Source: Candidatus Auribacterota bacterium
Lineage (GTDB): Bacteria; Auribacterota; UBA6266
Assembly (NCBI GenBank): GCA_023136205.1
Contig: JAGLRQ010000052.1
Location: forward strand, 1-7,844
DNA: 7,844 bases
Reading direction: 5' to 3'
Positions within the stretch are counted from its first letter, which is position 1. Each line of letters starts with the position of its first letter. A model generated the notes under the pieces. The model did no database searches, had not been told where the DNA came from, and worked only from the letters and a program-made list of their open reading frames with translations. Positions 6,212-7,844 of the stretch are shown one piece after another. The position numbers and the translations under genes are program-made.

Positions 6212-7009
6212 ATGAAAAATTTGTTACCGTATCTTTGTTTGATTATTTTGTTTCTATCCGGATGTGCAGGAGAAAACGAGTGGAGGTTTGTAGTTTTTGG
6301 AAATAGCAGGCCCGATGGTGCAACCGAGCCTCAGCCGCATGTTTTTCGAAAAATAATTAAAAACATAGAAAATGAGAGTCCTTTCCTGGTTATAAATGTT
6401 GGAGATATTATCTGGGGATCTTCCGATTTGGCCTGTACTAAAAAGCAGATGAGAGAGTTTTACAGGGTTTTCAATACTTTGAAGATTCCTAAATATATAG
6501 CCGTGGGCGAACATGAAATAGCGGGGAGTGAAGAGAACCAGAATTATTTTAAAAAAAAGCTGGGCGGCCTTTATAAAACATTTACGCATAAAAATTGCCG
6601 GTTTATAATTTTAAATTCGGAAGAAATTGGCAGCGAATCGAAAATTGCCGGGAAACAGTTTTTGTGGCTTGAGAGGGTTCTCTCAACTAATAAAAAGAAA
6701 CATGTTTTTGTTTTTGCGCACAGGCCCCTTTTTGCTGTGGAAACTTCTGAGGGGGCTTGTTTTGATAGTTACCCGCAAGATGGTGCAAAACTTGTGGAAC
6801 TATTTAACAGATATGGTGTAAGGTATTTTATAGCGGGCCATGAGCGTTTTTACAATCGCTGCGAAAATAAAGGTGTGATTCAGTATATATCCGGAGGCGC
6901 GGGAGCTCCTCTTAAAGTTTCAGAGGAAAATGGGGGGTTCCATCATTACCTTATTGTTAAAGTTAAAGATGGAAATGTTGATATTCAAATAAAAAAGGTG
7001 GTTTTTTGA
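6212..7009 (+). CDS. Predicted lipoprotein, calcineurin-like metallophosphoesterase family (divergent active-site motifs)
   Basis: The signal peptide has the lipobox LFLSG|C (Cys18 codon at 6263-6265). The metallophosphoesterase motif order is recognisable: FVVFGNSR (motif I position), VINVGDIIWG (GDxx), AVGEHE (GNHD/E position), VFVFAHRP (motif IV His) and IAGHERF (GHxH position). Several ligand residues are substituted; see findings. Family assignment is by eye only. Confidence 0.7.
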   Translation: MKNLLPYLCLIILFLSGCAGENEWRFVVFGNSRPDGATEPQPHVFRKIIKNIENESPFLVINVGDIIWGSSDLACTKKQMREFYRVFNTLKIPKYIAVGEHEIAGSEENQNYFKKKLGGLYKTFTHKNCRFIILNSEEIGSESKIAGKQFLWLERVLSTNKKKHVFVFAHRPLFAVETSEGACFDSYPQDGAKLVELFNRYGVRYFIAGHERFYNRCENKGVIQYISGGAGAPLKVSEENGGFHHYLIVKVKDGNVDIQIKKVVF

Positions 7010-7746
7010 AAGCGTTGATATTAGCCGCAGGCTACGCAACAAGACTTTACCCGCTCACTCTAAATACGGCAAAGCCGCTTTTAATGGTGGGGAAAAGAAG
7101 GATGATTGATTATATTGTCGATTCTCTTTGTAAGTTAAAAGGCCTTAAAGAAATTTATGTTGTTACAAACGAGAAATTCAGCAGTGATTTTAAAACATGG
7201 GCTTCTTCCGGTAAAAACAGGGTTCCGATAACTGTCATAAATGATCATACAAAGGAAGATGAAACTAAACTTGGGGCAGTTGGTGACATACATTTTGTTG
7301 TAAAGGAAAAACAGGTTGATGATGACTTAGTTGTAGTTGCAGGAGATAACCTGTTTGATGTAGATATGGGGAAATTTACTTATTTTGCGGAGAAAAGAGG
7401 TCCTGCTGTATGCCTTTATGATGTGGGTGATAAGGAACTGTCAAAGAAATATGCCGTTGTAACAATTGATGAAAATAAAAGGATAATCAAGTTTGTTGAA
7501 AAACCGCCTAACCCTGAAACCACACTTATTTCAATGTGCCTGTATTATTACCCGAGGGAGGTTTTCCCCATGGTGGATGAATACCTGTCAGAAGGCGGCA
7601 ATCCTGATGCTCCGGGTCATTTTGTGCAGTGGCTTTATAAAAAAGCCAATGTTTATGGCTATTTGTTTGATGGTTTGTGGTTTGATATAGGGGATAAAAA
7701 GTCACTGCAGGAGGCAGATGCAGCTATAAAGCAAAATCTGGGATAA
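7006..7746 (+). CDS. Sugar-phosphate nucleotidyltransferase (NTP_transferase family; short RmlA/ManC/MurU-like form without a beta-helix domain)
   Basis: The N-terminal signature is MKALILAAGYATRLYPLTLNTAKPLL (compare LAGGxGTRLxPLTxxxPKPLL). Further motifs are VVAGDNLFD, KFVEKP and WFDIGD, typical of this fold. The TTG start at 7006 overlaps the upstream TGA (7007-7009), with AAGGTGG at 6995-7001 as SD. Substrate specificity cannot be inferred from the sequence alone. Confidence 0.8.
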   Translation: MKALILAAGYATRLYPLTLNTAKPLLMVGKRRMIDYIVDSLCKLKGLKEIYVVTNEKFSSDFKTWASSGKNRVPITVINDHTKEDETKLGAVGDIHFVVKEKQVDDDLVVVAGDNLFDVDMGKFTYFAEKRGPAVCLYDVGDKELSKKYAVVTIDENKRIIKFVEKPPNPETTLISMCLYYYPREVFPMVDEYLSEGGNPDAPGHFVQWLYKKANVYGYLFDGLWFDIGDKKSLQEADAAIKQNLG

Positions 7747-7773
7747 GCTTTATGTTCTTGCGCTAATTTCATC

Positions 7774-7800
7774 TTGACTAATCTTTCTATTTATTATAAA
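7774..7800 (+). promoter_or_regulatory. Candidate sigma-70-type promoter for the downstream tRNA
   Basis: TTGACT at 7774-7779 is followed by the AT-rich -10 candidates TATAAA (7795-7800, 15-nt spacer) and ATAAAA (7796-7801, 16-nt spacer), about 25 nt upstream of the tRNA 5' end. The spacing is suboptimal, so this is tentative. Confidence 0.3.
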
Positions 7801-7823
7801 AAGTCACTTTGCTTTTGTATTTT

Positions 7824-7844
7824 CGGGGCGTAGCGCAGCCTGGT
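7824..7844 (+). tRNA. 5' end of a tRNA gene (acceptor stem plus D-arm), truncated by the window edge; probably tRNA-Pro
   Basis: The sequence is CGGGGCG-TA-GCGC-AGCCTGGT. It gives a 7-nt acceptor strand, U8, A9, D-stem GCGC, A14 and G18-G19 in the expected positions. A C1 5' nucleotide is characteristic of bacterial tRNA-Pro and of initiator tRNA. The G10-C11-G12-C13 D-stem resembles tRNA-Pro more than the initiator. The anticodon is not in the window, so identity is unconfirmed. Confidence 0.6.

Noticed and set aside
6212-7746. The phosphoesterase plus nucleotidyltransferase pair as a possible cyclic-nucleotide defence module (CBASS-like).
   Set aside because: The transferase has the sugar-phosphate NTP_transferase signature (LAAGxxTRLxPLT...KPLL), not a Pol-beta/CD-NTase GS...DxD signature. 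The phosphoesterase is a lipoprotein predicted to be exported. The flanks are housekeeping genes.
1-7844. A search for CRISPR repeats, long direct or inverted repeats, IS ends, integrase or transposase ORFs, and rho-independent terminators.
   Set aside because: None were found by eye. The intergenic gaps are short, and no GC-rich stem followed by a T-run is present after any stop codon. A computational repeat or terminator scan was not possible here.

Overview
All seven genes are on the + strand and tightly packed in a low-GC sequence. In order they are: (1) the 5'-truncated C-terminal two-thirds of a PilB/GspE-family secretion ATPase; (2) a PilC/GspF-family inner-membrane platform protein; (3) a two-TM, HAMP-containing sensor histidine kinase; (4) an NtrC-family sigma-54 enhancer-binding response regulator, PilR-like by position; (5) acetate kinase (ackA), 4 nt downstream of the regulator; (6) a predicted lipoprotein of the calcineurin-like metallophosphoesterase family; (7) a short sugar-phosphate nucleotidyltransferase whose start overlaps the previous stop by 4 nt. 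The first 21 nt of a tRNA, probably tRNA-Pro, lie at the 3' edge. I saw no CRISPR array, mobile element, long repeat or recognisable defence system. This looks like an ordinary core-genome region: pilus or secretion machinery with its regulator, then central metabolism and envelope-type genes. The points worth a second look are modest. The enhancer-binding protein deviates from consensus in its core motifs (GAYTDA instead of GAFTGA, Walker B DD instead of DE, PLAEH instead of PLRER). ackA occupies the slot where a sigma-54-dependent pilin gene sits in the Geobacter and Myxococcus clusters. A 135-bp spacer of about 19% GC separates kinase from regulator. The metallophosphoesterase appears to have lost all three ligands of one of its two metal sites. 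All functional calls come from by-eye motif recognition in the supplied translations; no database search was possible.
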